64,000 nucleotides of DNA, taken from NCBI GenBank assembly GCA_963514005.1, contig CAUPSL010000303.1, positions 248,001 through 312,000 on the forward strand, written 5' to 3'. The notes beneath the pieces were generated by a model. That model worked only from the letters and a program-made list of their open reading frames with translations. It was not told where the DNA came from and searched no databases. Positions 51,212-64,000 of the stretch are shown here, piece after piece; position 1 is the stretch's first letter; each line of letters begins with the position of its first letter. The DNA is from Raja brachyura. Lineage: Eukaryota. The position numbers were made by a program, and so were the translations under genes.

Positions 51212-53045
51212 TGTGAAGAGAAATAGATTAGTTAAAACAAATGTAGGTCCCTTGCTGACAGAAACAGGTGAGTTGATCATGGGGAACAAGGATATGGCGG
51301 ACCAATTGAATAACTACTTTGGTTCCGCCTTCACTAAGGAAGACATAAATAATCTGCCGGAAATAGCAGGGGACCGCAGGTCAAAGGAGTACTTGAGTGA
51401 AATCCAGGTTAGTCGGGAAATGGTGTTGGGTAAATTGAATGGATTAAAGGCCGATAAATCCCCAGGGCCAGATAGGCTGCATCCCAGAGTACTTAAGGAA
51501 GTAGCTCCGGAAATAGTGGATGCATTAGTGATAATCTTTCAAAAACTCTTTAGATTCTGGAGTAGTTCCTGAGGATTGGCGGGTAGCAAACGTAACCCCT
51601 CTTTTTAAGAAGGGGGGGAGAGAGAAAACGGGGAATTACAGACCAGTTAATCTAACATCAGTAGTGGGGAAACTGCTAGAGTCAGTTATTAAAGATGGGA
51701 TAGCAGCACATTTGGAAAGTGGTGAAATCATTGGACAAAGTCAGCATGGATTTACGAAAGGTAAATCATGTCTGACGAATCTTGTGGAATTTATCGAGGA
51801 TGTAACTAGTAGCGTGGATGGGGAGAACCAGTGGATGTGGTGTATCTGGATTCCAGAAGGCTTTTGACAAGGTCCCACATAAGCGATTAGTATATAAACA
51901 TAAAGCATACGGCATTGGGGTTCAGTATTGATGTGGATAGAGAACTGGCTGGCAAACAGGAAGCAAAGAGTAGGAGTAAACGGGTCGTTTTCACAACGGC
52001 AGGCAGTGACTAGTGGGGTACCGCAAGGCTCAGTGCTGGGACCCCAGCTATTTACAATATACATAAATGATCTGGATGAGGGAATTGAAGGCAATATCTC
52101 CAAGTTTGCGGATGACACTAAGCTGGGGGGCAGTGTTAGCTGTGAGGAGGATGCTAGGAGAATGCAAGGTGACTTGGATAGGCTGGGTGAGTGGGCAAAT
52201 GTTTGGCAGATGCAGTATAATGTGGATAAATGTGAGGTTATCCACTTTGGTGGCAAAAATAGGAAAACCGACTACTATCTAAATGGTGGCCGATTAGGAA
52301 AAGGGGAGATGCAGCGCGACCTGGGTGTCATGGTACACCAGTCATTGAAAGTAGGCATGCAGGTACAGCAGGCAGTGAAGAAAGCCAATGGTATGTTAGC
52401 TTTCATTGCAAAAGGATTTGAGTATAGGTGCAGGGAGGTTCTACTTCAGTTGTATAGGGTTTTGGTGAGACCACACCTGGAGTATTGCGTACAGTTCTGG
52501 TCTCCAAATCTGAGGAAGGACATTATTGCCATAGAGGGAGTGCAGCGAAGGTTCACCAGACTGATTCCTGGGATGTCAGGACTGTCTTATGAACAAAGAC
52601 TGCATAGACTCGGTTTATACTCTCTAGAATTTAGGAGATTGAGAGGGGATCTTATAGAAACTTACAAGATTCTTAAGGGGTTGGACAGGCTAGATGCAGG
52701 AAGATTGTTCCCGATGTTGGGGAGGTCCAGGACAAGGGGTCACAGCTTAAGGATAAGGGGGAAATCCTTTAGGACCGAGATGAGAAGGATTTTTTTCACA
52801 CAGAGAGTGGTGGGTCTCTGGAACTCTCTGCCACAGAGGGTAGTTGAGGCCAGTTCATTGGCTATATTTAAGATGGAGTTAGATGTGGCCCTTGTGGCTA
52901 AGGGGATCAGAGGGTATGGAGAGAAGGCAGGTACGGGATACTGAGTTGGATGATCAGCCATGATCATATTGAATGGCGGTGCAGGCTCGAAGGGCCGAAT
53001 GGCCTACTCCTGCACCTAATTTCTAGGTTTCTATGTTTCTATGTT
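51212..53045 (+). mobile_element. 5'-truncated CR1, same subfamily as 7189-12320
   Basis: Near-identical to ~10478-12305 with RT motifs and the octamer tail. Several 1-bp indels between ~51540 and 51925. Confidence 0.95.
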
Positions 53046-54739
53046 ATTTGCAGGTGCTGTATTAGGCAAGATGTAACATTCAATAACATTGCCAAGCTAA
53101 CGCCCCCGCCATCAGTCTCTGTTCAAATAATAATTGAATCACCATCATTTTGACCAGACAGTCGGACTCGCCCGAACTTGGAAATGGCAAGTGCTTGCAA
53201 GTGCCGATGTCCTGGGAAGAAAATACTCATTTGGACAAGTATTACTTTTAGCCACTGAATGGAATATTATAATCATTTTCCTCTGGACGGTAAAATCAAC
53301 AGCCTTTCGCATACCAAGCGGGCAATTATGGTTAGTCCCCCTTAGAAATCTACAGAGTAAAAATAGCTCCTGCAGATCAAGATCCAAATTGACCGCCATT
53401 CTGATTTGGAAATATGTCGCTGATACTCAGTATTGCAAATGCCGAAACGCCCCACGCCGACAGAATATTGTGCTTGCGCATGGATGTCTTCAGCGGTGGC
53501 GGAAAAGGATGGCTCTTCACCACGTAGTCAAACGCAAAAAGAAAATGTTAATAAAACCTTGCTACCTGCTTAAAATAAACACTAGATGCTGCAATCGATA
53601 GATATAACGTATTGGTTTATTATTGACGCGGGTAACCAGATACAGCGAGAAACCTTGTGCGTGGTATTCAGCAACATCATACTATGCATGAATATAATTA
53701 AGCCATTCATAAGTTGTGTAAAGATAAAAAATATACAAGCGTGCAGAATATAGTGTTACCGCGTTCTGACGCTGCGTTTACAGCTAATGTGCAGATAAAA
53801 TAAATGTACAAGTATACATTGCCTAACGTAAACGGGCTTGGCGATTTGCAACGGTGCATAAAAGGCTTCTATCAAAGATTATTTTCTCCGCGGTTGCATG
53901 AAGCTGATATAGAAATACGATGCATGAATTCATAATGGGACTGGGAGAGGGAGCTGTGTGGTGCGAACGTTCGTGCATTTTAGTGAGTTTCTGTGCTTCG
54001 TCAGGATGACAATAATTCGATTTGGTGATATCACAAAGAAATACGATAGTAATTGACAATATTAAAAGCTGTTCCATGGAGACGTCGCATTGAACATGAC
54101 GAATAGCATTTACAAGATATGACCAAAGAACAATCTATCGGAGGAACTCTGTGGATCAGGCAGCATCCGTGGTGAGGAGGAACAGATGACGTTTCGCGTA
54201 GAGACCCTTGGCTTCCTTCAGAAAGGTGTTTTTTTTGCTCAAGATTCAAGCTTCTGCAACCTCGTGCCTCCATTTGCAAGGCATATTGAGTCATGAAAGG
54301 CCTGGATAGAATGTATATCGAGGGAATGTTTCCACTACTGGGAAAGTCCACGACAAGAGGCCACAACCGAAGAACAGTTGGAGGGTGGTGATTATGTGGA
54401 ATTGGTTGCCACAGAAGGCTGTGGAGGCCAATTCGATGGATATTTTTTCAGGTGGAGGTGGACAGATTCTTGATTAGTACGGGTGTCAGTGGTTAAGGGG
54501 GTAAGGCAGGAGAATGGTGTGAGGAATGATAGATAGATCTGTCATAATTGAACGGAAGAGTAGTCATGATGGCCAGAATGGACTAATTGTGTTTTTGCAA
54601 AGCGTCATGTTATGAACATATGAAGACTTCTTTAGGTTAGTTGATCAATACTTCAGAGATGCTTTCGTGGCATGCCATCTATGCTCTGTTCAAACATTTT
54701 TTATTAGGCGACAACAGGTAAATGGATTTAGATAATGGA

Positions 54740-55677
54740 TTATTGAAAAACGCTGCGTGGTCTCTGGTCCGAGGTTAGAACTAATCTATTCACGAAAGTA
54801 AACGGATATTTCAGCGTATTCGTCAATGATTCTCTGAACTTTGCCTGAGCCACCGCATAAATAAATGTGTTTGTGCACGAATTCAAGCACTGCAGCATAT
54901 ACCCAGTGTGCTCCATAATGGCGAAAGGATCGTTGTAATCTGTGAGCATGAACTCAACGCCTGCAAATTGTGTGCATATGTAATGTACAAATGTTACCAT
55001 CCATAGCAGTATGAAACAGCTTGAGATGGAGAGCAGTAAAATGATCGATTTTCTGCGGTTTACAATCTCCGGATCAGTGCAATCCTCGCTTTTCCCGTCC
55101 CCCCGGAGTCCCCTCCTTATCCGACTAGCCTGTAAAATATGTCTGGTGGTCAGGGCATTAAGCAGCACAATCAAAAGGAAAGGTACAAACGGTGTTAAGG
55201 TAATGTCGAAGAAGAAGTATGCAATCCATATTGGTAAACTGGAGAGACTTGACTTCACTTTGCAGAACCATGGCACGTTGTCAATAATCAGCAGATGCTC
55301 GTTTTCAAAATAAATAGGGATATTCTGCACAAAGCTTACTCCAAACACAATCACTATTATAATAGCGGCAGTTCTTTCGGCGCAGTATTTTGCTCTCAGC
55401 TTCTGACAACAAATGGCGATGTATCGATCAAATGTGAAGGCAACGGTTAGCCAGACCGAACAATCAATGTCTGCGAACACCAGGGCAATTATGAGGCTGC
55501 AGACGGGAGTATAATGCAAGAAGGAAAGCGGAAAATGCATGTCATTAATCTCATATAATACTACATCAAATATTATCACCAGTAGGTCTGCAACAGCCAT
55601 GGCGACCATGTAACGTGTGATGCATTTGGAAAGACCACAGTTCCCACGAGATAGAATCACAATCGCCATAAGATTAC
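54740..55677 (-). CDS. class A GPCR, GPR139/GPR142-like family expanded in cartilaginous fish; main coding exon (exon 1 not located)
   Basis: Acceptor tttctattcttgcag, then an open frame NLMAIVILSRGNCGLS...MAVADLL...FTFDRYIAICC...LNSCTNTFIY... covering the end of TM1 to the C-terminus. The ORF-track N-terminal extension (55678-55849) is intronic and repeat-derived. Confidence 0.88.
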
Positions 55678-56944
55678 CTGCAAGAATAGAAAGATGCGCA
55701 GTCACAGAGAATAACCGCTTTGGACAAAATGTTACTTGGCGATGAACTCCAATTATTTCATAAATAAAACACAACGCGTTGGAATAACTCGGCGGAACAG
55801 GCGGCATTTGTGGAAGGAATGGATTTCCGACATTACCAGCCAGGAGCATTCTTCGGACTTAAGAAACGGCCCGACCGGTAGCGTTGCCTATAGAGTCAAC
55901 ATTCAAGATTCAAGAGTGTTTTATTGTCATATGTCCCTGCTAGAACAATTAAATTGTTACTTGCAGCAGCAGAACTGAATATGTAAACATAGTACATTCT
56001 AAACAATATAATCAACGAGAGAAAAAAAGGTTAGTGTGTGTGTACATACACATATCCACCCATATACCGTCCGAAGAAGGTCTCGACCCGAAACGCCACC
56101 CATTCCTTCTCTCCATGATACCTGCCTCGCTGAATTACTCCAGCCTTTTCTGTCTATCTTCGTTTTAAGACAGCACCTGCGAATCCTTCCTACACACACA
56201 TATATATATTTTCTACAACTAACGATTTTCCCCTCCTGATTTCAATGCAAGTAACAAGAAAACATGGATAGATATTACATTGGGTTTATGATCTTAGAAA
56301 GGATGTGAAATTCATGCTTTGCATTTCCATTAACGTTAATTTGAGGGCTTTGTTTGTGTAAATGCTACAGTATTTGTCAGCATTATGATTGGGTTAGACG
56401 GTATTCGCTGTAAGTATTGTTAGCTCAGACTTGGTTTGTTTTCTCTGCATGGGCATAGGTAGAGCGGAGGTCTGATAGAAGTATATAACATATTGAGATA
56501 TATAGATATGGTAGGCAGTCTAAAACTTTTATCTTCCCCAGTTCAAGGGAAAGGCGAAAGGGATAAACTTTAAAACGAAAGGGGAAACGTTTGACAGTGA
56601 GGGTGGTGATGCCTGGAATGCGCTGCCACATGTGCCGGTGGGCGGATGCAATAATGACGTTGAAGACGGTTTTAGATAGGCACGTGGGTATGCAGGGAAT
56701 GGGTAATGTGCAGGCAAATTAGATTACTTTATCTTCGCACCATGTTCAGCACCGACATTGTCTGTTCATGTGCTGGACTGTTCCATGTTCTGTGCCTTCC
56801 AATTATTCTCCGACATGAAAAATGCCCAGAAGAATCAGCAAGCATTTGAGATCGCGCAATGGTCTCATTAGCAAACGTAATAAACCTAGGAGTTAACCAT
56901 TTGTCGAAAAGATTCAGTGTTCTGCATGGATTGAATATAGAAAC

Positions 56945-58450
56945 AAGCAAAAGGGCAATGCTATGGTGGTCATAGGAGATTTCAATAATTGGAAATTTCC
57001 CATGATTGGAAAATGTCCAATATTACCCAGCTGCACGTGAAGGGATCAAAGCACAAATAGTGTCAACAAAAGGCTGGTTAGTCTGACTTCCGTGCTTGGT
57101 TAGATTTTAGAATCCATTATAAATGATGAGGTTGCGACATACTTTATGGCCAAGTTCACGATAAAATAGGCCGAAGTCAGCATGGCTTTGTGAAGAGGAG
57201 GTCTTGCTTCACAAATTTGCTGGAATTATTTGAAGATGTAAGTAGCAGGACGGCAAAGGAGAGTCAGTAGATGGTGATAACTTACATTTTCAGAAAGCCT
57301 TTGATAAGGTGCCACACGTGATGTTGCTCAGGAAGATGAGAGCTCACGGTATCAACCGACAAATATTAGCATGTATTGGCTGGATGACAGAGGACAAAGG
57401 GTGGCAATAAAGGGGGGCATTTTCTGGTTGGCTACCAGTGACTAGCGGAGTTTCGCAGTGGTCGGTGCGAGGTCTACTACTCCTCATGTTGTATATTAAT
57501 GATTTGGATGAGTGGATTGAAGGCTTGGTGGCCAAGTTTGCGGATGATACGAAAATAAATGGAAGGGCAGGTAGTGTTGAGAAAACAGGGACTCTACATA
57601 AATACTTGGCCAGGTTGGGGGAGTGTGCAGAGAAGTAGCAGATGACATATAGTGTAGCAAAGTGTCGCTTCATGCTTTTCGGTAGTAGGAATAAAAACAT
57701 AGATTATTGTCTGAAAGGGGAGATAATCCAGAAATCACAAGTGCAAAGGGACACGGGAGTGTTGGTGCAGGATTCCCAAAAGGTTAATCTGCAAGTCGAA
57801 TCGGTAGTAAAGAAAGCATGTTCAATGCTAGTAGTTATTTCAAGAGAACTTGTATACACAAATAGGGATGTAGTGCTGAGGCTCTAAAAGGCACTGATAA
57901 GGTCCCATTTGGAATATTGTGAGCAATTTTGGGCACCATATTTGAGAAAGGATGTGCTGGCTCAGGAGTGGGTCCAGAGGAGGTTTATAAGAATGATCCC
58001 AGCAATTAGCAGGTTAACCAATGAGCAGCGTTTGTCGGCACTGGGCCTGTACTCGCTGGAGTTTAGAAGAATGAGGAGGACCTCATTGCAACATACAGAA
58101 TAGTGAAAGGCTTGGATATAGTGGATGTAGAGAGGATGTTTCCACGAGTGGGATACTCTGGAACTAGAGGTTATAGCCTCAGAATTAAAGGACGTTCTTT
58201 TAGGAAGATGATGAGAAATGTATTTTGTCAGAGGGTGATAAATATGTGGAATTCTGTGCCACAGAGGGCTGGAGAGGCCAAGTCAGTGGATATTTTTAAA
58301 GGCAAATATAGATATATATTTGATTAGTACACGTGGCAGAGGTTATGGGGAGAAGGCAGGCGAATGGGGTAGGAGGGAGAGATAGATAAGCCATAAATAA
58401 ATGGCGGAGCGGACTTGATGGGCCGAATAGACTAATTCTATTTCAACCAT
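56945..58450 (+). mobile_element. degenerate CR1/HER1-like LINE fragment
   Basis: TSGVSQ...YINDLD...KFADDTK and a CR1 3' end with many stops. Confidence 0.85.
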
Positions 58451-58501
58451 CTATTACCTTATGACTTTATGAATAAGAACAGCGTTCACCATGTGGTCAC
58501 T

Positions 58502-59511
58502 TGTAGCTGACACGTTTTCAATTATCATGTCTGAATTGTATTCTAGTTTTCTGCATTAACCTTATTTTCCTTTATAAATACCGATCGCCAATATGTGTAT
58601 ATCCGTTTTGCCTACATATCGCCGTTCCAGTGCTGGAGCGATTTGATGAGAAAAGCATCGCAACATCTTATAAAACATGGTTGGGCACCGTAAAGCAGAT
58701 AGATAACCTGTATAAAGGCAGGTGTGAGAAGGCAAATGAGGACACAGTGCATCTTAATTCATCCCCAGGTTGCTTCCGCTGGTTGTTTTATTCAATAATC
58801 ATGTAAACACAAAACATTGCTCTTATCATTGGTTCAGTCATCCATTTTGTCTCTCCCTAACACACCCATTTTGTTACAGTTTCACTCACAGCCCATTCTT
58901 TCCTATGTTTCCCTTGTACTCAATACACTCTCTGTGCGATTTACACACTTGTATTTTTGATTTTACACTTCAATAAATATTATTAGGCACTTAATTAACC
59001 TTCACTGTACATTTCCAGCAACATGCTAAAAGTTGACATTTAGCCTTTTTTTTCTATGCCATATCCTCATTGCAACGTCTGCAACCACCACAGGTTATGG
59101 AATGACCTAATAAGAAACATGCCCATGCTACACATTATTATATCTTCCAACCCAGCACACAGAAACATTAACAACCAGTAATCCACTAACTTCAACTTTC
59201 TTAACACCCAAAACAACACAGAAACTTCACCCAACCATATTCAAACCCCAAAAGTGCATATTTGTGTGGTCCTGACAGTCTACCAACCTGTATAAAAGCA
59301 GGTGTGAGAAGGCAAATGAGGACACAGTGCATCTTAATTCATCCCCAGGTTGCTTCTGCTGAGATGGGGGGGGGGAGTGCCTTGCTGTTTCCAGTCCCCG
59401 CAGCAACTGGAGTAACACAGAGGTTCCCCCTCACTGCTGCACCTTATAAACTGCCAATACACCATCACATAAATTAAATCAATGTGGGCACACCGTCTTA
59501 GATGCGCCACA
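58502..59511 (-). repeat. Gypsy 3' LTR (~1010 bp)
   Basis: Minus strand starts TGTGGC right after the PPT and ends GCTACA, forming imperfect inverted termini. It contains a 77-bp internal duplication. Confidence 0.75.
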
Positions 59512-59676
59512 CGCTCCCCAACAACAAAAGTGGCACCTGACACTTATTTCAAATCGCAAGTGTCCATTGAAAATAATCAACAATCTTTCACAGACTCAAA
59601 AATATTTACAATATTCAAAATCTTCAACTATAAAAAAAATATGACTCTAGTTTGATTACATCACCACTGTTTATTC

Positions 59677-62600
59677 TCAATAACCCTGTACCGTACATGG
59701 CAAGTATGAATATTGGACCATGGGTGCACACTGGAATGATGGCCTGCACAGTGGGTCAGTATAGGGCATGAGGTACGTGCCAATAGTGTTCACAGCAGGA
59801 AATGGTTGATAGGTCGGATGACCAAGAGATGCGTAGGTGAGCCTTTGGACTGGCCGTCTTTCCCTTGTGGACCGTCTCAGTGTAACAGGGGATCCAGGTT
59901 CAGAAGGTGAGAGAGAGTGATGCTCGAGATCTGCAACAATCTTCTCATCTTGTTCAGTGTCATGGGGAATGTCCTGATCATCCTCCTGTTGTGGTTCGCC
60001 TTCATCTGTTGAGTGTCTTTTCCATTGATCCTGTGGCTGTATTTCAGCTTCTGGTGGCCTCAAGTCCATTTCAGGTGATATTTGGACCACCATCCGTTCT
60101 TGACTTCTTTCATGTTTTCCGACTGATATGAATGAATCTTTATCCCTTTGTCGGGTCACTCGAGTGGGTGTTCTTTGTGCTTGCTCATGTTGGATTCTGG
60201 CAGGTTTACTAGGAGTCTGAGCCGGCATTCTCTCAGGCGTAGCTGCTGTCCTTGGCTCAGCCCGACTTAGGGGTATCCTCAACCAATAACCTCCTCCTGA
60301 CTCATCATCCGAGTCAGATGTCTCTGCATTCTCGGTTCTGTCTCTTATGTCACTCCTTCTCAGCTGAGGTTTCCTTTTCGTCTGTGGCTTTGAAGTTGGT
60401 TTGGTCTGCTGCGATGGGAATTCCACTGGTAAATCATTACCAGTAAAAGCAGGTTTCTATGCAGCGTCCTCAGTCCCCCTTTGCCATCGTTTTCTGGATG
60501 AATAACATACACTGGGTTGTCTGAGACTTGCTCTTTCACTACATATATCCTCTTTTCCCAGTAGGAACGTAGTTTCCCAGGCCCACCTCGCTCTCCCAGA
60601 TTTCTAACCAACACTCTATCCCCAGGCTTCAGGACCACTCCTCTCACCTTCTGATCATAGTAGGACTTTCCTTTTGCACTTGAAGCCAGACTGTTGTTGT
60701 TAGCAATGCGGTATGCTTCCGCCATCCTTTTTTGCCACTTCTCAGCATAACCTTTGTGCGTCACTGGATCTATTTCTTCAGCCAACCCAAACAAGAGATC
60801 CACAGGAAGGCGAGGGTGTCGACCATAGAGAAGATAGTGAGGGGAATAGCCAGTGGACTCATGGCGTGTGCAGTTATACGCATGTACAACCTGTGGGAGA
60901 TGTTCTTTCCATATCTCCTTTTCTATGTCTGTCAGAGTTCGCAGCATCTGCAGCAAGGTTCGATTGAATCGCTCTGCTGGATTACTTTGCGGGTGATATG
61001 GAGATGTTCGGGAATGTCCTACTCCAGAGAGCTGGCCAAGGGTTCGAAACAGTTCATTCTCGAATTCACGCCCTTGGTCATGATGGAGCTTGTTTGGGAA
61101 TCCGAAACGTGGTACAAAGTCATTGTAAATCCGTTCTGCTGCCGTCCGGCCAGACTTGTTTTTTGTAGGGTAGGCCTGAGCAAACCTTGTAAAATGGTCA
61201 ATTACTTCTAGGATGTACTCATAACCGCCTTTGCTCTTTTCCAGGTGTAAGAAGTCGATACAAACCATTTCTAGGGGTGAGTTAGACTTCAGACCGCTCA
61301 TTGGTGCACGCACATGCACTGTAGGCTTCTTCTGTTTGATGCAACTGCACTTCTTTGTTACATAGTCCTCGACACACCTTTTCATGTAGGGCCAGTAAAA
61401 CCTCTCCCTGGCGAGGTGAAGAACTCTCTCCATGCCCACATGCCCCATGTTGTCGTGGAGGTGCTTTAATACCACAGGGTGGTATTTCAGAGGTAGTACT
61501 AATTGTTTCCTACTTGTTGTTCTTCGGTACAGCAACCCATCCTCGATGTGCAACCTGCTCCACTCATGCAGAAGCTTGCATGCGCTTCCTCTCACAGTCC
61601 TTCTGATGTCGTCTGTCAATTTACTGTTCATCTCTTTGAGCTTTAAGATCTTACCTATCTCGGGATCCTCTCTTTGAGCTTGGACCAAGTCGTCATCACT
61701 AATGCTGTGTAGAGGGGCGCGGGGCTGTAGGACAACATCTTGAGAGGAGACAGCGAGAGCGGCTATCCATGCCACATCTTTCCTCTGGGCTGCTTGACTT
61801 CCTTCCCAAGCTGCATTCACTACATCCTGCGACAACTCCTCTGTGCATGTTGACATGTACTGGTCAATATCAAGAGGGACTCGGGACAGAGTATCTGCGT
61901 CCGTGTTGACTCTTCCTGGTCTGTACCTGATGTCAAAATGGAAGTCTGACAGTTCTCCCACCCACCGGTGACCAACCGCATTGAGTTTGGCAGTGCTCAT
62001 GATGTAAGTAAGTGGGTTGTTGTCAGTGAAGATGGTAAAGTGTGGAGCATAATAGAGGTTGTCCCTAAATTTCTCGCACACTGCCCACTTAAGTGCAAGG
62101 AACTCCAACTTGCCACTATGCATATGGTAGTTCCTCTCTGCAGCTGTCAAAGTCCGTGACCCATACCCAATGACTCGTAGCTTTCCCTCCTGTTGCTGGT
62201 AGAGAACAGCTCCTAGACCTTGCTCTGATGCATCGGTATGCAAGACGAAAGGCCTGTCGAAGTTTGGGTATGCCAAAACCGGTGGATGTGTCAACATGTC
62301 AATCAGTCTCTCGAGTACACTTTGATGTTCAGCAGTCCACTGTATGGGTGCCCTGGATGACAGTTGGGGTCCCTTGGCTTTACCTTGTCGCGACTGGACT
62401 TGAATTGAGGATTTCCCTTGGAGCATCTCATACAATGGCTTTGCTATCGTTGAGAAGTTTTGAACGTATGTCCTGTAGTAACTGAGAAAACCGAGAACCC
62501 TTCTCAAATCACCTACCGTCTGTGGTGTTTTGTCTTTCAAAAGCCAGCACAGCATTCAGGTCCTTGGGATCAACTCGAATACCGTTAGCAGAGACAAGGC

Positions 62601-64000
62601 GGCCAACATAGCGAACCTCTTGCTTGAACAACTCACACTTTTCAGATCGGAGCTTTACCCCTTGATGTTGCAAAGCTTGGAGAACCTTGCGGACCACTTC
62701 CACATGATCTTCAAATGACCGCGAGTAGCAGAGGATGTCATCGAGGTAGGATATACAGCACTCATCCCTCAGCGAACTCAACATCTCCTCCATACTTCTC
62801 TGGAATGCTGCTGGCGCGTTTGATAGGCCAAACGGGATCCTTACCCACTCATAAAACCCCCAGGGTGTGATGAAAGCAGTGAGATGACGTGACCTTTCAG
62901 CCACGAAACCCTGGTGGTAGGCCTTACCCTGGTCAAGGATGCTAAACCACGAGTAACCACCCAAGGTGTCCAGCAAGTCTCGTATTCGAGGCAGTGGGTG
63001 TCTATCCGGCACCGTTTTCTGATTCAATAGACGATAATCTATGCAGAGGCGCAGCGTACCGTCTTTCTTCCGCACACACACAACTGGAGCGGCATAGGAG
63101 GACCTAGATTTCACAATCCATCCCTTGACAAGGAGGTCTTGAACATATTCCTTTACTTCTCTCAACAGTGGTTTTGGGATGGATGTGTACGCTCTCTGCA
63201 CAGGAATGTCATATTTCAGATTTATCACCATTTGCAGGTTTGGGTTGCATCCAATATCATTTTCATCTCTGGCAAAGGCTTTTGACTCCTCAAATAACAT
63301 TTTCCTGACAACCTCTTGCTGATTTTCCTCCAGGTGATCAAGGTTCACGAGCGGATGCCACAGTGATGGAGTTGGTTGATGAAGTTGAGAGGTGACCTCG
63401 TTGACTGTTGTCATGGATGCCACTTTTCTTGGAGGGTCAGCTTCCACAACCCTTTCAATATGCTGTAAGGTGCCCAGGGCTGTCTTACGTGGCAAGATAA
63501 TGTCATGGCTGGTGTTGTTGCCAACAGCAATGGTGACATACGGTTTTAAAGGATTCTGCATTTCAACCAAACCTGCTCCTAGATCTAGCTGATCCAAAGG
63601 CTGACTGCCTTCGTCTGATTCGAACAATACCAGACGGCCATAGGAGTTCATGGTTGGGGGAACCCGGCATCTCACCCAGCTGACTTGTCCAGCTGGAACG
63701 ACCACGTCCTTTGCACCAGTTCTTAGGCATCCTTGTGGCATACTTGGCTCCACTGTCTGAATAAAACTCACCACTGCTTCGGCTTTCTCACTTGAAACAC
63801 CAATGGCATTCTGAAACAACTGTATCAGAGTAGGTACTAACCTTTCTGGCTGTCCCTCAACAAGCTGCTCAAGAACATTAAAACCAATCAACGGTCTTTC
63901 CATGGTCAAGCTGCTAACTAAGAATGGGACACTGATGGCAAGACTTGGGTCCTCATTCCCAGGTAGGTTGGTCATTATAGGAACCCATCCATCAAAAGGA
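59677..64000 (-). pseudogene. Gypsy pol polyprotein with two single-base frameshifts
   Basis: ORFs 62509-63975, 60360-62555 and 59677-60426 join if one base is removed from the run at 62539-62542 (giving AVLALKDKTP) and one is added at 60437-60438 (giving LLLVNDLPVE). Confidence 0.88.

Larger units (their letters stand above)
58502..64000 (-). mobile_element. Gypsy/Ty3 LTR retrotransposon (pol + 3' LTR), continuing beyond the window
   Basis: RT ([24 protein letters not shown]), RNase H (TDAS), integrase (HHCC, DDE, GPY/F) in Gypsy order. PPT-like GGGGAGCG lies directly before the LTR. Confidence 0.95.

Noticed and set aside
55678-55849. N-terminal 58 aa of the 369-aa GPCR ORF
   Set aside because: Non-ATG start, overlaps a PLE-derived repeat, and lies upstream of a clear splice acceptor, so it is intronic.

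Overview
Repeat-dense vertebrate genomic DNA. The repeat complement (HE1/V-SINE-like tRNA SINEs, CR1/HER1-like LINEs, Penelope-like elements) and the GPCR type point to a cartilaginous fish, probably a skate or ray (inference). The main host gene is a ~39-47 kb MHC class I-like heavy-chain gene on the + strand, which the ORF track misses because it is spliced. It has a leader exon (594-645) behind an X1/X2/Y-like promoter module, then alpha1 (24337-24597), alpha2 (35856-36131), alpha3 (37085-37351), TM (39490-39597) and candidate cytoplasmic exons. All junctions are GT-AG, phase 1. The protein is non-classical in its groove residues and has one in-frame TGA in alpha2. A GPR139/142-like class A GPCR coding exon lies on the - strand (54740-55677). 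Mobile DNA includes: a near full-length CR1 LINE with a tandem-monomer 5' end and TAATG-coupled ORFs; a second 5'-truncated CR1; a nearly intact Gypsy pol with its 3' LTR; a solo LTR carrying nested insertions; Harbinger MITEs and a deleted two-gene Harbinger; hAT-like and RTE fragments; and many Penelope-derived repeats whose consensus is a minimal hammerhead ribozyme. Coordinates of degenerate repeats are approximate, and no database searches were run.
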